From positions 87,420,001-87,484,000 of the forward strand of contig NC_135896.1 in NCBI RefSeq assembly GCF_964194155.1: a stretch of 64,000 nt of DNA. The letters run 5' to 3'. Made by a program: the position numbers and the translations under genes. Under the pieces are notes generated by a model that searched no databases, was not told where the DNA came from, and worked only from the letters and a program-made list of their open reading frames with translations. How positions within the stretch are numbered: position 1 is the first letter of the stretch; each line of letters starts with the position of its first letter. Shown one piece after another: positions 13,895 to 26,777 of this stretch. This DNA comes from Cetorhinus maximus. Taxonomy: Eukaryota.

Positions 13895-13998
13895 TCAACT
13901 CTGATGAAAGATCATCGAACTGAATCATTAAACTCTTGTTTCTCTCCCATAGATGGTGCCAGACCTGCTAGGTATTTCCAGCATTTTGATTTCAGTCT
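13895..13998 (+). mobile_element. Degenerate Penelope-like element terminal fragment with hammerhead remnant
   Basis: ctgatgaaagatcatcgaactgaatc followed by tctctcccatagatggtgccagacctgct…tttccagcatttt; same family as 28922 and 50045. Confidence 0.65.
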
Positions 13999-14345
13999 CA
14001 TGCCTTTGGCTCAGTAATGGAGAGGAATGCAGAGTATCTACTGTTCAAAAATATGTGGCTCCCTTGCTCTCTCATAATTCCCCATTGACAGATTTTCCTC
14101 ACTCCTTTCCTGAAGCCACGGACTCAGACCATAGGCAGTGCAATGCTTGCATAACTAATCCAAAAGGCTATTTTTCACTTGAGATCAGAGCAGGCAGAGG
14201 GAGAACAGGTTACTCACTGAACCAAGGAAAACACAAGTTAAGCCTAATCTTGACCGCACCGAGGTTTGGAAAGGCCATTGATCAGTAAGTACATGCATTT
14301 TAAAAAGTATTTTGTGGTTTTGTCAAGAGTTTTTGAATTCGGTCT

Positions 14346-15236
14346 TGTCAGTACCTGCAAGGCGGTATTATAAATCTTTAAAGCTATATTTTTAAGGCTA
14401 CATTTTTTAAAAGACTGGAACTCAAGATGTCTCCAAGGACTACCAGATGGTTTTGTGGATCGAATTGTCTTACCTCCTGAGAGGACAAAGTTAACCTTTG
14501 ATTTGATTATGACTTACTGTAGTTTCAGCCACAAAGTTCCTCAACACCTTCATTGTAAAAATGCAGATTTGCCTCGTCAAAAACAAAGCCACTAAAACGA
14601 TAGGCGGAAGAAGGATAACAGACTGCCGTTTGAATTACCACAATACCTTATTTGGACCATGGCTCGACACTTGTTACCAGGTCACATGGGTTGGGGGCCA
14701 TCCTTGGTGGGGAGAAAGAGTCCCAGCAAGCAAAGCCATCTGATCACTGCAGTCGACTAAGCAGCCAAAGTGCCCAAACACAGTACCCTGAAACAGAATG
14801 AGGGATTCTCTTTCCTGTAATCTGTTCCTTCTTCAAGGTCACCTGAGAAACTAACCTCCAGGCAGATCTGCCAAAGGAACCATTGCAACTACTGAGAAAT
14901 CTCTGCATTTTTAAACACTTTCAGTTCAGCCACAGTAACAGCTCGACTGAGGAACATCAGGGTTGCATCAAAATAGCAACTGAGTTAAATTTCATTTTTA
15001 TAATTACTGTTTTATCCTCATCCATATTTAATTTGTGTGTGAATGGTAGTGTAGGTGAGTTGTGCGAGTGATACGTCGCATTTCTGTTAACCTCTGGGGC
15101 TAGTGTGTGAGAAATAATACAGCCTTCTTCATTTTTCATACACAAAAGCTTGCTGCTGAGTCATTAAAATTGACTCAATCACCCCAAGAGTAGGAAAATA
15201 CACACATCCACATACTAATATATTTGATCATAGGCA
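14346..15236 (+). mobile_element. Probable solo LTR (boundaries uncertain)
   Basis: About 0.9 kb non-coding block starting TGT, organised like 44122-45452 (TG-rich tract, AATAA-like signal, then a ~100-nt tail). No TSD found. Confidence 0.35.
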
Positions 15237-15896
15237 AATAAAAGGAAACACCTAAGAATTGTCCATGAATATTTATTATTACTAGTAAATGTATACAAAA
15301 GGTGATGGCCATTCATTGACAGTAATTTAAACTGAAATAAGTGTACATCACTGTCCGGCTAATCTTCTCACTTCAGGGCAGGGCAGTAATGTGCCTTGTT
15401 CCAAAAGACCTTGTCTGGTATAAATGGTGCCATTATGCATGGATGGCAACCCACACAGGGTTGCCTGATTAAGTATCAATAAAGGAGTGTTTGTGTGTTA
15501 AGAAGTGTGAATTTTGGTTTAAAAAAAATAATCGATTAGCATGTTAATGTAGACTGAATAAAGGGGCATTGGGTTGACCTGCTGCATTGACTGTTATATG
15601 TTGACTGGATGGACAAAGTCTCAACCATGACAGATTTCAAAATGGGATGGAGGAAAGAAACATCCTTCTTCATTGACAAATTTCATTGACCATAATTTTT
15701 AAGATCTTGTTTGTTAATGTATTTTGCTCTAACGTAACTTCGCTGATTCTCAAACTCAGTTTCAGATAACCTGATACAGAATCCTAGGGTAAAGATTAAT
15801 TTCTATGATGCTAAATGAGCTGCCCCAACCTGAATCTATATTCAGTCGCCTACTCAATTCAAAAGGAATCACAGGGAAGAACATGATCCTGTTGTA

Positions 15897-16081
15897 ATAT
15901 AAACAAGAAAACCTGGAAGAACTCAGCAAGTCTGGCAGCATCTGTGGAGAGAGAAACAGAGTTAAAGCTTTGAGTCTTTAACTTTATTTCTCTCTCCACA
16001 AATGCTGCCAGACATGCCGAGCTTTCCAGCATTTCCTGTTATTTCAAATTTCCAAAATCCATAGTATTTTGCTTTTATATT
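15897..16081. mobile_element. Mini Penelope-like insertion made of two inverted termini, with 14-bp TSD
   Basis: actcagcaagtctggcagcatctgtggagagagaaa faces its reverse complement tttctctctccacaaatgctgccagacatgccgag. Flanked by atgatcctgttgta (15883-15896) and atgatactgttgta (16082-16095). Confidence 0.8.
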
Positions 16082-16308
16082 ATGATACTGTTGTACTCTC
16101 GTTTACTGGAATATTAGAGTTCTCTGCTTAATCCCTACTTCTTGCTATCAATTACCTAGATATTGGTCAGGTAAAGATACACATCCGATGATAGGAGATG
16201 GTACAACCAGTTACACCTGTATAGAGAGCATAAAATCCCAAAATGCAACACCATCAATTGGGCTCGACAGGAATGGTCTTCACAGTAGAATAAACTGGGA
16301 ATACTCAC

Positions 16309-16337
16309 CCTTGAGAGTTACATATCAAGAATGGCTT
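16309..16337 (-). other. Candidate 29-nt microexon (KPFLICNSQG)
   Basis: Long pyrimidine tract ttttttccaattttctgttctccaag|AAG (NAGNAG) and consensus donor AGG|gtgagt; one open frame, phase 0 to 2. Confidence 0.28.
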
Positions 16338-18207
16338 CTTGGAGAACAGAAAATTGGAAAAAAAGAAATGCATCTAGCAAACTATTTCCTCTGCATTTAC
16401 CTCACCACAGCTTCAGTATCTAAACACTCACTTATTATTTGCCCACCACTTGTCACTGTTGAAGCAACTACAGGTACCTGCACGTCAAGTTATTTGTTTT
16501 ATTGTGGTTCGTTCAATTTGTAAAGAGGTATGATTAAGGGATGATCTATTATTTCAGAAGTAACATGCTTATTTGGCTACGGTAAACAGATTAATTTACC
16601 AATAAAATCCTTCTCTCTGAAGCACAATACACTCAGTAAACTCTAGGATCAAAGCTATAATGTTTCATTTACAAACAACCAAACCCTGCCAACATGACAT
16701 ACTGGGTGTGTCTTAAATACCCTGGAAACATTATTCTTCTCAACAACCAACAGTGGGTATCACACATGAAACTAAAGAGGGGTGTTGCTAGGAATGCACA
16801 TTGCGCATTTAAAAGTACACTTTGTTGGAGGCTCACATGAACAAGCTTGAATTACCAGGGGCTGCTCAATGGATTTGGCCTAGTGTAACCATTCGCCTTC
16901 AGTATTCAAGAGTCACTCCAAAGGACAATTGCTGGATCCCTGAACTAATGTGAAATATGCCCAAGTTCAGATACTTAGCACAAACCTAACTAATAGAAAC
17001 GCATCACAGTTTTCAAGCGTATATTGGAAACATTGAGACAGTTGTATAAATCCATCAAAATTGGCTTTTATCAAGACAAACAGAATTCTTTGGAGCTACT
17101 TTCAAGAGATTGTGCACTCTTTGCTTCCAAGATATGAAGTTATGGATATATCCTCCCACACAGGCTGCAAGATCTGCTGGGAATTGTCAGCATAATTCAA
17201 ATCAATGATCACATCACTTCTTTTCTAAATCGGACTTTCACTGCAACCTCCTGTTAAGCAGTTCTTCCATAAGATGATCAGTTTATAGATTCAATAGCTT
17301 CAAAACAAAAAGTTACATTGTGAGTCAATTTTTGCCCCCTTTCCTCTGAGCATATTACATCAATGTAGGACAACAGTAAAATTATTATAACAGTGCATCC
17401 CATATAACTGGGTCACAATTTCAGCAGGGCAGATTATAGTTCCCTGCCACTGCAGAAATGTACTGGAACAAGTGCTGCAATGTTCAATGTGACACAATCA
17501 AGTCAATGGACACCTTGCGAACCACACAAACGTGTGCTTTAATTATGAGGTAATAGAGATGCATGTGGAATAACTTAAGCATTGTGTGACACGCTTAAAT
17601 CATCACCTTCAATTGCTTCTATCTCAAACAAGCTCGGAAGGACAATATTTTCAGTTGTGCTGTTGGGTTCAAGTAAACCCAACATGAAAAAGCCACATAG
17701 TCACCATTACACCTTGTCGTTATTCAGACTTCAGCATGCTCACAAACACTGGAAATGTGTCTTGGATTTCATCAGATGGACATGAATACTGTTCAAAAAT
17801 ATATAAGTGTGCCTTGTGAATGATTCAAACTATGGAATACACCATGCATGGTGACATGAGGTTTTACATCGCAGCATGTCACAGGCAGCATCAAACTCTC
17901 ATGTACATTTATAAACACGTGCATACACACACAAACACACCATTATACAAGAGTGGAGAGTATTACAAGACACCAACACCAATAGGTACAGATAAAGGAT
18001 CAAACAAAGCTCGAGTGGCTCATCAATATCATCTGAATTTGATTAAAATGCCCTGCATTTTCTTTGCATAAACAGTGAACATGACGTAGAGAACAATGGA
18101 CACATGGGGAACGAATGCGGAGCTGTACTATGCAAAGCTCTACTACAATCAGGTGTAATGTCACTCTTCACAATGAACACGCTACATTAACAAACAAGCT
18201 CCTGGGT

Positions 18208-18592
18208 GTTTTTTTCTGTCATGGGATGTGGGCATCTCTGGCAATGCCAGCATTTGTTGCCCATCCCCAATTGCCCTTGCTAGATCATTTCAGACAGCAG
18301 TTAAGAGTCAACCACATTACTGTGGTTGTAGGCCATTGTAGGCTGTGGATGGAGGCCAGGCCAGGTATGGTTGGCAGGTTTCCTTCCCTGAAGGACATTA
18401 GTGAGCCAGATGGGTTTTTGCAACAAGTGATGATGGTCACTATCACCGAGACTAGCTTTCTATTCCAGATTTATTAAGTAAATTCAAATTCTACCAACTG
18501 CCGTGGTGGAATTTGAACCCATGCCCCGAGACCATTAGCCTGGGCGTCTGGATTACTAGTCCAGCTACATTACCACTATGCCACAGTCTCCC
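18208..18592 (-). mobile_element. Full-length HE1-like tRNA-derived V-SINE
   Basis: Reverse complement shows a head tggcatagtgg (A-box)…gggttcaaattcc (B-box), a central aacccatctggctcactaatgtccttcagggaaggaaacctgcc body, and the tail gggcaattggggatgggcaacaaatgctggc…cccatga shared with the HER1-like LINE 3' end. Confidence 0.9.
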
Positions 18593-18926
18593 TTATTGCC
18601 TAGCTCTAGTTGCCCTGATACTTAACCATGTTGTCTTATGCAGGTCAGAGCAGGTTTGAAGGTGGAGGTGGGTGGGTTGGTCACCGGACTCTGACAAGTT
18701 GGGTTTTAATAACCATTCAATAATTTTCATGATTTTATCTAGTTACCAGATTTATTGATTTTAATTTCTCATGGTCAGATTTGTACTCACTACCATTGGG
18801 CTACATGTTGAAGTGTCATGACCACGAAGCTACTGTACCTTTACAAATCATTTGGACCAACTAGTCTGTGTTGGTGTTTACCCTCCACACAAGTATCCCG
18901 TAGTTCCAATCATATCTACCTATCCA
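18593..18926 (-). repeat. Left arm of inverted duplication (old V-SINE-like element plus CR1 3' end)
   Basis: Its reverse complement aligns colinearly with 19961-20305. Confidence 0.85.
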
Positions 18927-19479
18927 CATTATTGTTGATTTGCAGAAAAAAAATGTAGAAATATGTACTAATGTATGAATGTGCATATATAAAAAGTGAG
19001 CAAATAGTGAATGAATTTACTAAGGGGTAAGGCACTTACCTAACCTGTCCTCAATGATGCACATCCTGGTATGACCAAATTTCCTGTACTCAGGGGGCAT
19101 TTTTAGCCATTTTGGAAATCAGAGGCATCTCAAACCATTGTGTGTAATCTCATTTGAAGAGGGATAATGTATTCCTAGAATCTTCATGGAATGTCCATTT
19201 TCATTCTCTCTTTTTATCAAAGTTGAGTTACAGTTAAAGGAAAGGAGGGAGCTTTGCATGTGTCAATCTGCATTAGACAACAGGCCAATGACTATGTCCG
19301 AATAGTCATTTCATAGTTAGTTTCATGTTGGTTCTATCAATGCTAGTGAAACTAATAAGCATTTGCGCTATGTTCCAGGATGCTATCACTGGGGCCATGG
19401 GTCGTTAAGATTAAAGACAGCATCTCAGATTGACAAGACTGCAAAAAAAAAAACAAATGGTATTGCAGGTCTGATCTCA

Positions 19480-20050
19480 AGAGCCATAGAACATAAAAGC
19501 TAGTGGTAATGATGAGCCTCTATAAAACCTTAACAAGATCCCTGTTAGAGTACTAGCATTGGGCTCCACACTACAGGAAGAACACTGCAGCTTTTGTGAG
19601 CATTGAAAGCAATTCTTAGGATGTTGCCAGTATGAAAAAATGCAAAGACAGGCCTGGAAAGTTGGGTCTTTTATTATTAGGACAACATGGGCTAGGAGCA
19701 TTATGATAGAGCTGTTTAACGGTATGAAAGGATGGCACAGAGCATATAGAAACAGTGATTCCATTCATTGAGGGGTCAAGAAAAGAGGGCCAGAGATACA
19801 AGATTAAATGTAAAAGACATAGAACAGACGGCAGGAAAATAGTTTTCACAGAGATTTGTGGCTGTGGAATTCACATCCAGGGTTAGTGATCGAGGCAGTA
19901 GCTATATCAACACTTAACATTTGAATGGGTAGGTGATTGAAGGAGAAGGGACAGCAGAAATGAATAGGTAAACACGATTAGAACTACAGGATATTTACTG
20001 TTTGGAAGCTAAACACCAACGCAGACTAGTTGGGCCGAATGGTTTGTAAA
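19480..20050 (+). mobile_element. Old CR1 3' fragment
   Basis: Degenerate ORF2 C-terminal motifs (IEHKS, LYKTLTRSLLEY, RGHRYKI-like) and 3' UTR gactagttgggccgaatgg. Confidence 0.7.
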
Positions 20051-20051
20051 G

Positions 20052-20340
20052 ACACAGTAGCTTAGCAGTCATGACACCTCAACACGTAACCCAACAGTTG
20101 AGAGTACAAATCCGACCATGAGAAATTAAAATCGACAAATCCGGTAATTATAGATAAAATCGTGAAAATTATCGAACGGTTATAAAAACCCAACTTCTCA
20201 AAAAAGAGAGTGTCCTGTGACCCACCCACCTCCAACTTCCAAACCTGCTCTGACCTACATAAGGCAACATGGTTAAGTCTCAGGGCAAGTAGGGATAGGC
20301 AATAAATACCATCTTTCCAGGGTTGCCATATCCCCCAAGA
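20052..20340 (+). mobile_element. Old HE1-related SINE (part of the right arm of the inverted duplication)
   Basis: Degenerate tRNA head, aaaaacccaact body and tail cagggcaagtagggataggcaataaa. Confidence 0.65.
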
Positions 20341-21621
20341 GGAAGAACATGAAAATCGCCAGGGAGGCTTTCAAGCTTTTTCCAATCAGTAACATGTTGG
20401 TGACAGCACAACACGCCACCTGAGGCTGTTATTACATTAAAACTCAAACCTCATTCTGACGATGGTTTGCACCAGTCGATTTTATACTTAAAGTATGCAT
20501 TAGGTAGGCATACACTAATCTGAATTTGACCCTTTTAAACTGCACATTTCCTTAACGGCATTGGAAGAACAAAAAAAAAAGTGAAATCAGAAATAGGGTC
20601 AGGTTTTTTTTTAAAAAAGACATTCAGTTTGGTGGAGTTTATGGGGGCAGGGAGGGAAGAAGAGAACAGAAAGTTGAAAAAAAAAGCTGAGTTTCTAAAC
20701 AAACTCGTCACAACAAATACAGTGCTGTCAGAATTTTCTCCACGTCATTGACATATACATAACCTAGAAGGAGATTATCAGAAAAACAATGCCCCTTTGT
20801 TTCTGCAGTATATTACAGATGTTCCATGTACTAGCATTTAATAAATGGAGCGCTTTGGAGGCAGTTTGACAGTCAATCAAGCTTGCACTTTTCCCCAAGC
20901 TTGAACATTATCACATTTTCCCAGATTTTTTTTTTGGTTTTTTTTTAAAATATATTGTCTTCCAACACACAGCATAACAGCAGCTGTCACACAGACAAGT
21001 AACATTAGAGTTAAGGCGGGGGCTGGAAAAAGGGAGTGAGAGAGAATGAGTATCGGCAACAGACATTTTATGTTGAAAACATCTGGGTAGAAACCCCTAA
21101 AAATGTTTCGATATTGTACCCTTTGCATGTGTGGGCGTGGGGATATTTGGAACAGTAACCTGGTTTTAGTGCTTAATCAGAGCTGTATTTGTGCAGGAGT
21201 GCAGAAGCTGGGAATTGCTGAGGTCTTGGAAAGGAATGAAGGGTTTGCACTGGGTGGGAGAGAGGGACCGTGTCTGGAGATAAATTCTGCCCCAATTAGT
21301 AACAGCTGTGTGTCTAGTTTCGCAATACTTTGCAGCAGTAATCAGGAACACTGGACTAACAAAATTTATATATAGCTTAGTTTCTAGCTTCTTCCCCCCC
21401 AACCCCCACCCACCCACAATTTTCAGTGTTTAGTTTTTCTCAAATTCAGGCCTTTTTTTTTATTGATTCCCTTTTATAAGCTGAACCAAAAATTGCTGCT
21501 AACATTAACATTCAAAATTATACTGGTCTTTGCAGTTGCTTTTGTCTGAAATAATCTTGTCACTTAATTCTAAATATAAGGTTGTACTTTGAACAAAAGG
21601 TCATTGGAAATAGTTCTTGTG

Positions 21622-21994
21622 TAGGCTGGGGCTACCGGTTATGATTAAATGCATTCCTGGAAGTTTCAGCACACAACAGGCCCCTACACTCTTGCCATTA
21701 GTCGGCCAACATATCCATCCTTGTGAAGCACTGCCTTCCTATGTCAATTGGAAAGCAAAAAGACTCATTATTGCCCAATTGGATGATACTTGGCTGTTAG
21801 CCAAACAGCCTTTATTCCCCCCCATTTTCAACATTTTATATCTGGTAAAGAGAAATGTTCAAAGAAAATGGCAAAGAAAACAATTGTCCACATGTCCCTG
21901 TGATTTTTCTCCAGGGTTGCACACGGCAGTGTCCAGAAATTAAAGCTCAATCTCCAGAAGACTCCAGGCCAGTCTTGGAGGGTTGGCAACCCTA
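21622..21994. mobile_element. Non-autonomous DNA transposon remnant with (T)AGGGTTGCCA-type TIR
   Basis: Right end ggagggttggcaacccta; a related degenerate copy starts near 48194 (acggttaccaact…gtattcctgaagg). The left TIR is degraded. Confidence 0.45.
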
Positions 21995-22474
21995 GAGTAG
22001 GTTTTGAGAAGGCTACCCAAAGGGAAATCATTCTTAAAATTCGCTGAAAAGAACATGGAATGCCATTTGAAAAAGGGCTTTTTTTTCCTTAAATTTCCCA
22101 ACATTTATTTTAGGGAACTAGTTTTGAGAATTTTTCCTCCCTTTTATACAATGCATTGCAATAAATTACGAAATCACATTAGAACAACTTACACATGACA
22201 GAGTCTTGTTGTTCAGATAGTATCCATAGATATTATTGCCTAGAGATCACTTTTTTACGCAATACATAATGCTGAGTGATAAGGAGATACTTTGTACAAT
22301 GAAAGCTGTGAGAACAAAATAACTTCATAGGATCTTGGAAAACCATCAATAATATCAAAGTAATACAATTGATACTCTTTAACTATTCACTTGTAGTCTT
22401 AACTATTCAATTGTGTTACAATTCTACGGAAAAGAAATGACACATAGGTTTTCCAGCAACACTCGCCTAGGCGC

Positions 22475-22906
22475 AATTGATAATGCTCTCTCCGAGCCAG
22501 GTGGCAGTGGGTTCAAATCCCACTCCAGTCAAAAATCTCATCTGACACTCCAGCATGGTACTGAGGGAATAATACTGCACTAGTGAAGGCACTGCCTTCT
22601 GTGCAAGACGTTATACAAGAGACGTCTGCTCTCTCACATGGATGTAAAAGATTCCATGCCTCTGATTCAAAGAAAAGCAGGGGTGCCAGTGTCCTGGCCA
22701 TAATATATCCCTCAGCCAACATCACCAAAACAGATGACCTGGTCACATCACATTGCTGTTTGTGAGGTGTTGCTGTGCACAAATTGGCTGCCATATTACT
22801 TATGTTACAAAAGTGACTACACTTCAAGAAGTGCTTTGTTGGCTGTAAAGCACGTTGGGATATCTGAGGACATGAAGGGTGCTATATAAATGCAAGCTCT
22901 TTCTTT
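22475..22906 (+). mobile_element. Deu-domain SINE (SacSINE1/AmnSINE1-related) with tRNA head and L2-type tail
   Basis: B-box gggttcaaatccc; Deu core gtcctggcc…atccctcagccaacatcacc…cattgctgtttgtg…gctgtgcacaaattggctgcc; tail gctatataaatgcaag…ttcttt. Confidence 0.88.
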
Positions 22907-24239
22907 AAGGTCATCTCATTATTCGAAGGTCATAGAATTTGACTGGCCAAGTCTGAAAAGTGCTTTCAATCTACCAGGGCAAGTAGCAGAGTAAAAAAGA
23001 ATGGGAGAGGGCGGCGTGTGCAGGCAGAAAACAGGGGAAGAGGAGTTTAGGACATTTCATTGTACTAATTACTCAAATTTATTAAAGGTTTCAGTGAGGT
23101 AGAATTCCAAGTAACTAATATATGTCACTCTGTTCTACTTCAGTTTTCAGCTATTCAGTTCATTGCAGTAGGACACATTGATACACCTATCTATAATAAT
23201 CCTGCACACTACAATCTTACTTCTACTCACACTTCCTGCTAAGACCACTTAGCGTCCTGTTGTCACACCGTCAACTTTCTCCATTATAATTTCCTGGGCC
23301 TACATTTATAATGAGTTTTGCCTCCTTCAACTTGCTAAACTGCAAGGACAGAATGTAGCTGTTTGGTGATATCGCGAACATCTTCAAATAGCGATTCCCG
23401 GGGGAGAACAATCAGAGCTGTCCGCTGCCAACTTGTTTCATCTCTTCACTTTCAAGCGTCTATTTAATAATTAAATTTTAGTTCTGTTATTTTCATCATT
23501 TAATCTAGATTTTCCAGCCTTCAGCTAGACCTCTCTCCTCTGAAGTTATCGCTGAAATCAGCTTTTCTTTAAAAAAAATTCAGCCCATTGCTTCTACATT
23601 TTTCCTCCATATCTGCACAGGCAATAGTTATTTCAGAATTGGTCATTTGAAGGAACTGCCATAGATAATGTCGTAACGCTTTGAGTTGAACCGAACTAAG
23701 TTTAAGTGAATTTATTTACAGCCCTCTGCTCTAATCATCCGACCACTTGCCTTCCTATGTGCACAGTTCTCCCTGTGAAGCCCAACCTCCCACCAGCACA
23801 GTCCTCCAGAGAAACATCTGCTCCCACACCCACAGCCTAAGAGAGGAAAATGTCAGTAAGCCGCTGTATAACAAGACAATTGTGTTTCTTCATGGGGGTC
23901 AAACATTTAGCTGACATTCAGGTTTAGGCATTAACATTGGAAAATTTTGGCCTTAACTAGATGATCAGCCCATCCCAGGTTGTGCACGTTCCCCCATTTG
24001 ACCAGCCTGCCTTGAATCATCACAGTAGCATATACCTCAACTGAACTATCGAGTTGCATTGCCCCTACTCCAAATAGCTAAAACCCACTACACCAAAGCA
24101 CCTCCTCTTCAGCTGAGCAACTTCAACATTGTACATGGATGGCCTCCTGAGCTGCACATTCTTTAGCATGAAGGCCAAACCACACCTGACCCCCCCCCCG
24201 CAATCAATCCCCCAATCCCCCACAAACAACCAATAAGTT

Positions 24240-24335
24240 GCAATAAGAACAGAAAATGGTGGAAATACTCAGCAGGTTTAGCAGCATCTCTGATGAACAA
24301 GATTAATGCTTCAAGTCGATAATCTTGCATCAGAC
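24240..24335 (-). mobile_element. Degenerate Penelope-like terminal fragment
   Basis: aacagaaaatggtggaaatactcagcaggtttagcagcatc matches the family terminus. Confidence 0.6.
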
Positions 24336-24689
24336 CTAACAAGTTATGCCTTCCTCATTCTCGCCCTGAGTAGCATGTCCGGAATCCTGGCAAAAGCCCT
24401 GTCCCCAAACTTCAAATAGAGGGTCTGCTCCCTGAAGATCAAAACCCACTTCCCTACCAACCCTTGCCAATGCTATTTCTTGAAGAAAATGACAGATACA
24501 GAGATGATGGGAATGGGGGAAGAAAGGGGAGAATGAAAATATCGAGTGGTTACAAGGAGCTATGTCAGCTCAAAAAGATGGCTCCTACAATTTAATCATG
24601 ATGTGACACCACATGAACTAACAAAGGGTTTCTGTTACACAGGGTGATGTGCCCTGCACTAGAAATCAATACATTGCAGGCACTCAGGT

Positions 24690-24930
24690 TATGGTTGGTT
24701 CTAAGTGGGGAATGGTATTCCACAGGGTTCTATTCTTGGACTACTTCTGTGCACTGAGTACAACTGTAATTTGGATATAGGGCTAGGTGTTGAAAATTTC
24801 AGATGGTATTAAAACAGAAAGCAGAGTCAATAATTCTGAGGGCCGTGGGGATTCTGATAAGATCGTGGAACGGGGAAAAAAAGTAGCAGATGTAATTCAA
24901 TGTGAGATTTTCTATGTAGGTTAAAACAAT
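24690..24930 (+). mobile_element. Old CR1 RT fragment
   Basis: aatggtattccacagggttctattcttgga translates NGIPQGSILG (RT motif); further on gcagatgtaattcaatgtg resembles QMxFNV. Confidence 0.6.
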
Positions 24931-25063
24931 ACACATTTTGAATGGGGGAGAACTGGGAGATGCGATTCCCATTTGGTGTATATGCATATGCAATCAGTAC
25001 AATGTAAAATTGCCATAATTTCAAATTGAGTTTGCAGAAATGGGGTGGGAAGAAAAACTTCAG

Positions 25064-25650
25064 GGGTTGCATCTTCCAGCCAGCAAGCGGGGTTACGACA
25101 CGTAAAATGACGCGGGGTGATGTCGGGCGTGCTTCCCGATGTCACCCCGCGTCATTTAGATTTTCAGTTCCGCCTGTTAGGGCCATTAAAAAAGTAATTA
25201 AACTGATTAATGGGCCTGAAGAGCCCAAGTGGCCTTCAGAAAAAACATGAAACCTCATCCACAGGTGGGATGAGGTTTCATGAGGGTATTCAAATTTGTA
25301 TGAAATGTCTAAATAAAAGAAATTGACACGTCCCAGCTCATATGACAGTGTCAGGAATATTTTTTCTGCCTATGATGAAATTTTGAATCTTGAACCGATC
25401 TCCCCTGAGGCAGCACTTTGCCTGAGGGAGATCTGTGCGCTCTTTTGCGTGCAAGTGCACACTCCCGGCACAGGGAATCCCCCACCTGCACAGGGAGCAC
25501 ACAGCACTTCTGAGCGGACGTCACGCTGGGCGGGCCTTAATTGGCCCGTCCATGTAAAATGACGTCGCACCCCCGACTGGGGGCTCCGATCGGGAACCCA
25601 CTCGCTCCTGCACAACCCACCCCTCCCCAACTGGGGGGAAAATGCTGCCC
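25064..25650. mobile_element. PIF/Harbinger-type MITE with CAG TSD
   Basis: TIRs gggttgcatcttcc / ggaaaatgctgccc (11/14 match); 3-bp CAG on both sides (25061-63, 25651-53); CpG-rich with several internal palindromes. Confidence 0.8.
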
Positions 25651-26559
25651 CAGGTGTTTTCATATACAGTAGCAAAATATATGGCACACAGGAGTGGTTT
25701 CAAAATGTAGCATGCTGCTCAGGCCCTCCTGTCGCACTTTAAACGCTATATACAAACTGCTATTCTCATATTTTTGGTGAGAATTAAATTAATTGCTTTC
25801 TACCCTTAATAAGCTCATCTTTACTCCCATGGGTTAATCATTCTTTATATAATCTTGATTCAAAATAATGTGCAAACAAATTATTCAAACATTCAACTTG
25901 CAACATGAGAAAACTGCTATATTACACAATTTACGAGAGACCTTTAATGTAGTTGGACAAAAACTTCATTTTCGGACAAAATACTAGGTTGATCAATGTC
26001 TTCAGAAGTCAACCCGCAGTTATTCAAAACCTTGCTGCTCAATCGCCATCTCAAAGCAGGGCTTGCTGACAGGTAAGATGGATGAATTTAAGCCTTCGCT
26101 CGCAAAACATCTAGCTCATATTTGTGAAGCAGAATGTGGAAGACAGCCCAAGTGACTAATGAACAGGATTTGCCCTACCAGCTGTCCAGAGTCAAATAGG
26201 TTCCTTTTACAGGAAACACTGCAATTACTACAAATAGAAAGTGGATTAAAAACATTTCCCGCAATTATGTACATGTGAATGAAAAGTCTACATTTCAGGC
26301 AAAAAAACCTGCTGTAAAATGCAGTTTGAGCTAAACTGATCAAGCCCATCATCAAATACCTGTGGCAAAAACGAAACATTTTTGCTTACGATGCAGCTTA
26401 ATATTGTCTTTGTTAACACTCTCAGGCAAAATTAAATTACAGATTTACTAACTTATATTATGGGGAAAGTTTTAACTCGTTCAAAACCCATTCACTTAGA
26501 GTGTTAAAATCAGGCCCACTGTTAGAGAGAGAGAGAAGAGAAAAATAAAATAACTATCG

Positions 26560-26777
26560 CATAAAGTGCTTTTTGAAATGTGTGCACTGTTGCAATGCAG
26601 GAAACATAATAGGTAATTTGCACACAAGGTTCCAGAAAAAAAAAACAGATAAAGGACTTCTGAATCTGCGTTAGTGATGGTGCTTGAAGGATTAATGTTG
26701 GCCAGCCATCTTCTTCATATAGTGCCATGAAAGCGTTTGTCTACTTGAAACAGTTTAACACCTTGTCTCAAAGACAG
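26560..26777 (-). mobile_element. Degenerate Deu-domain SINE fragment
   Basis: aagtgctttttgaaatg…cactgttgcaatgcagg…aatttgcacaca…ttagtgatgg…aatgttggccag is the reverse complement of the Deu core. Confidence 0.65.

Noticed and set aside
23230-23459. CpG-containing minus-strand segment with protein-like translation (RTALIVLPRESLFEDVRDITKQL)
   Set aside because: Bounded by stops and lacks a usable acceptor in that frame.
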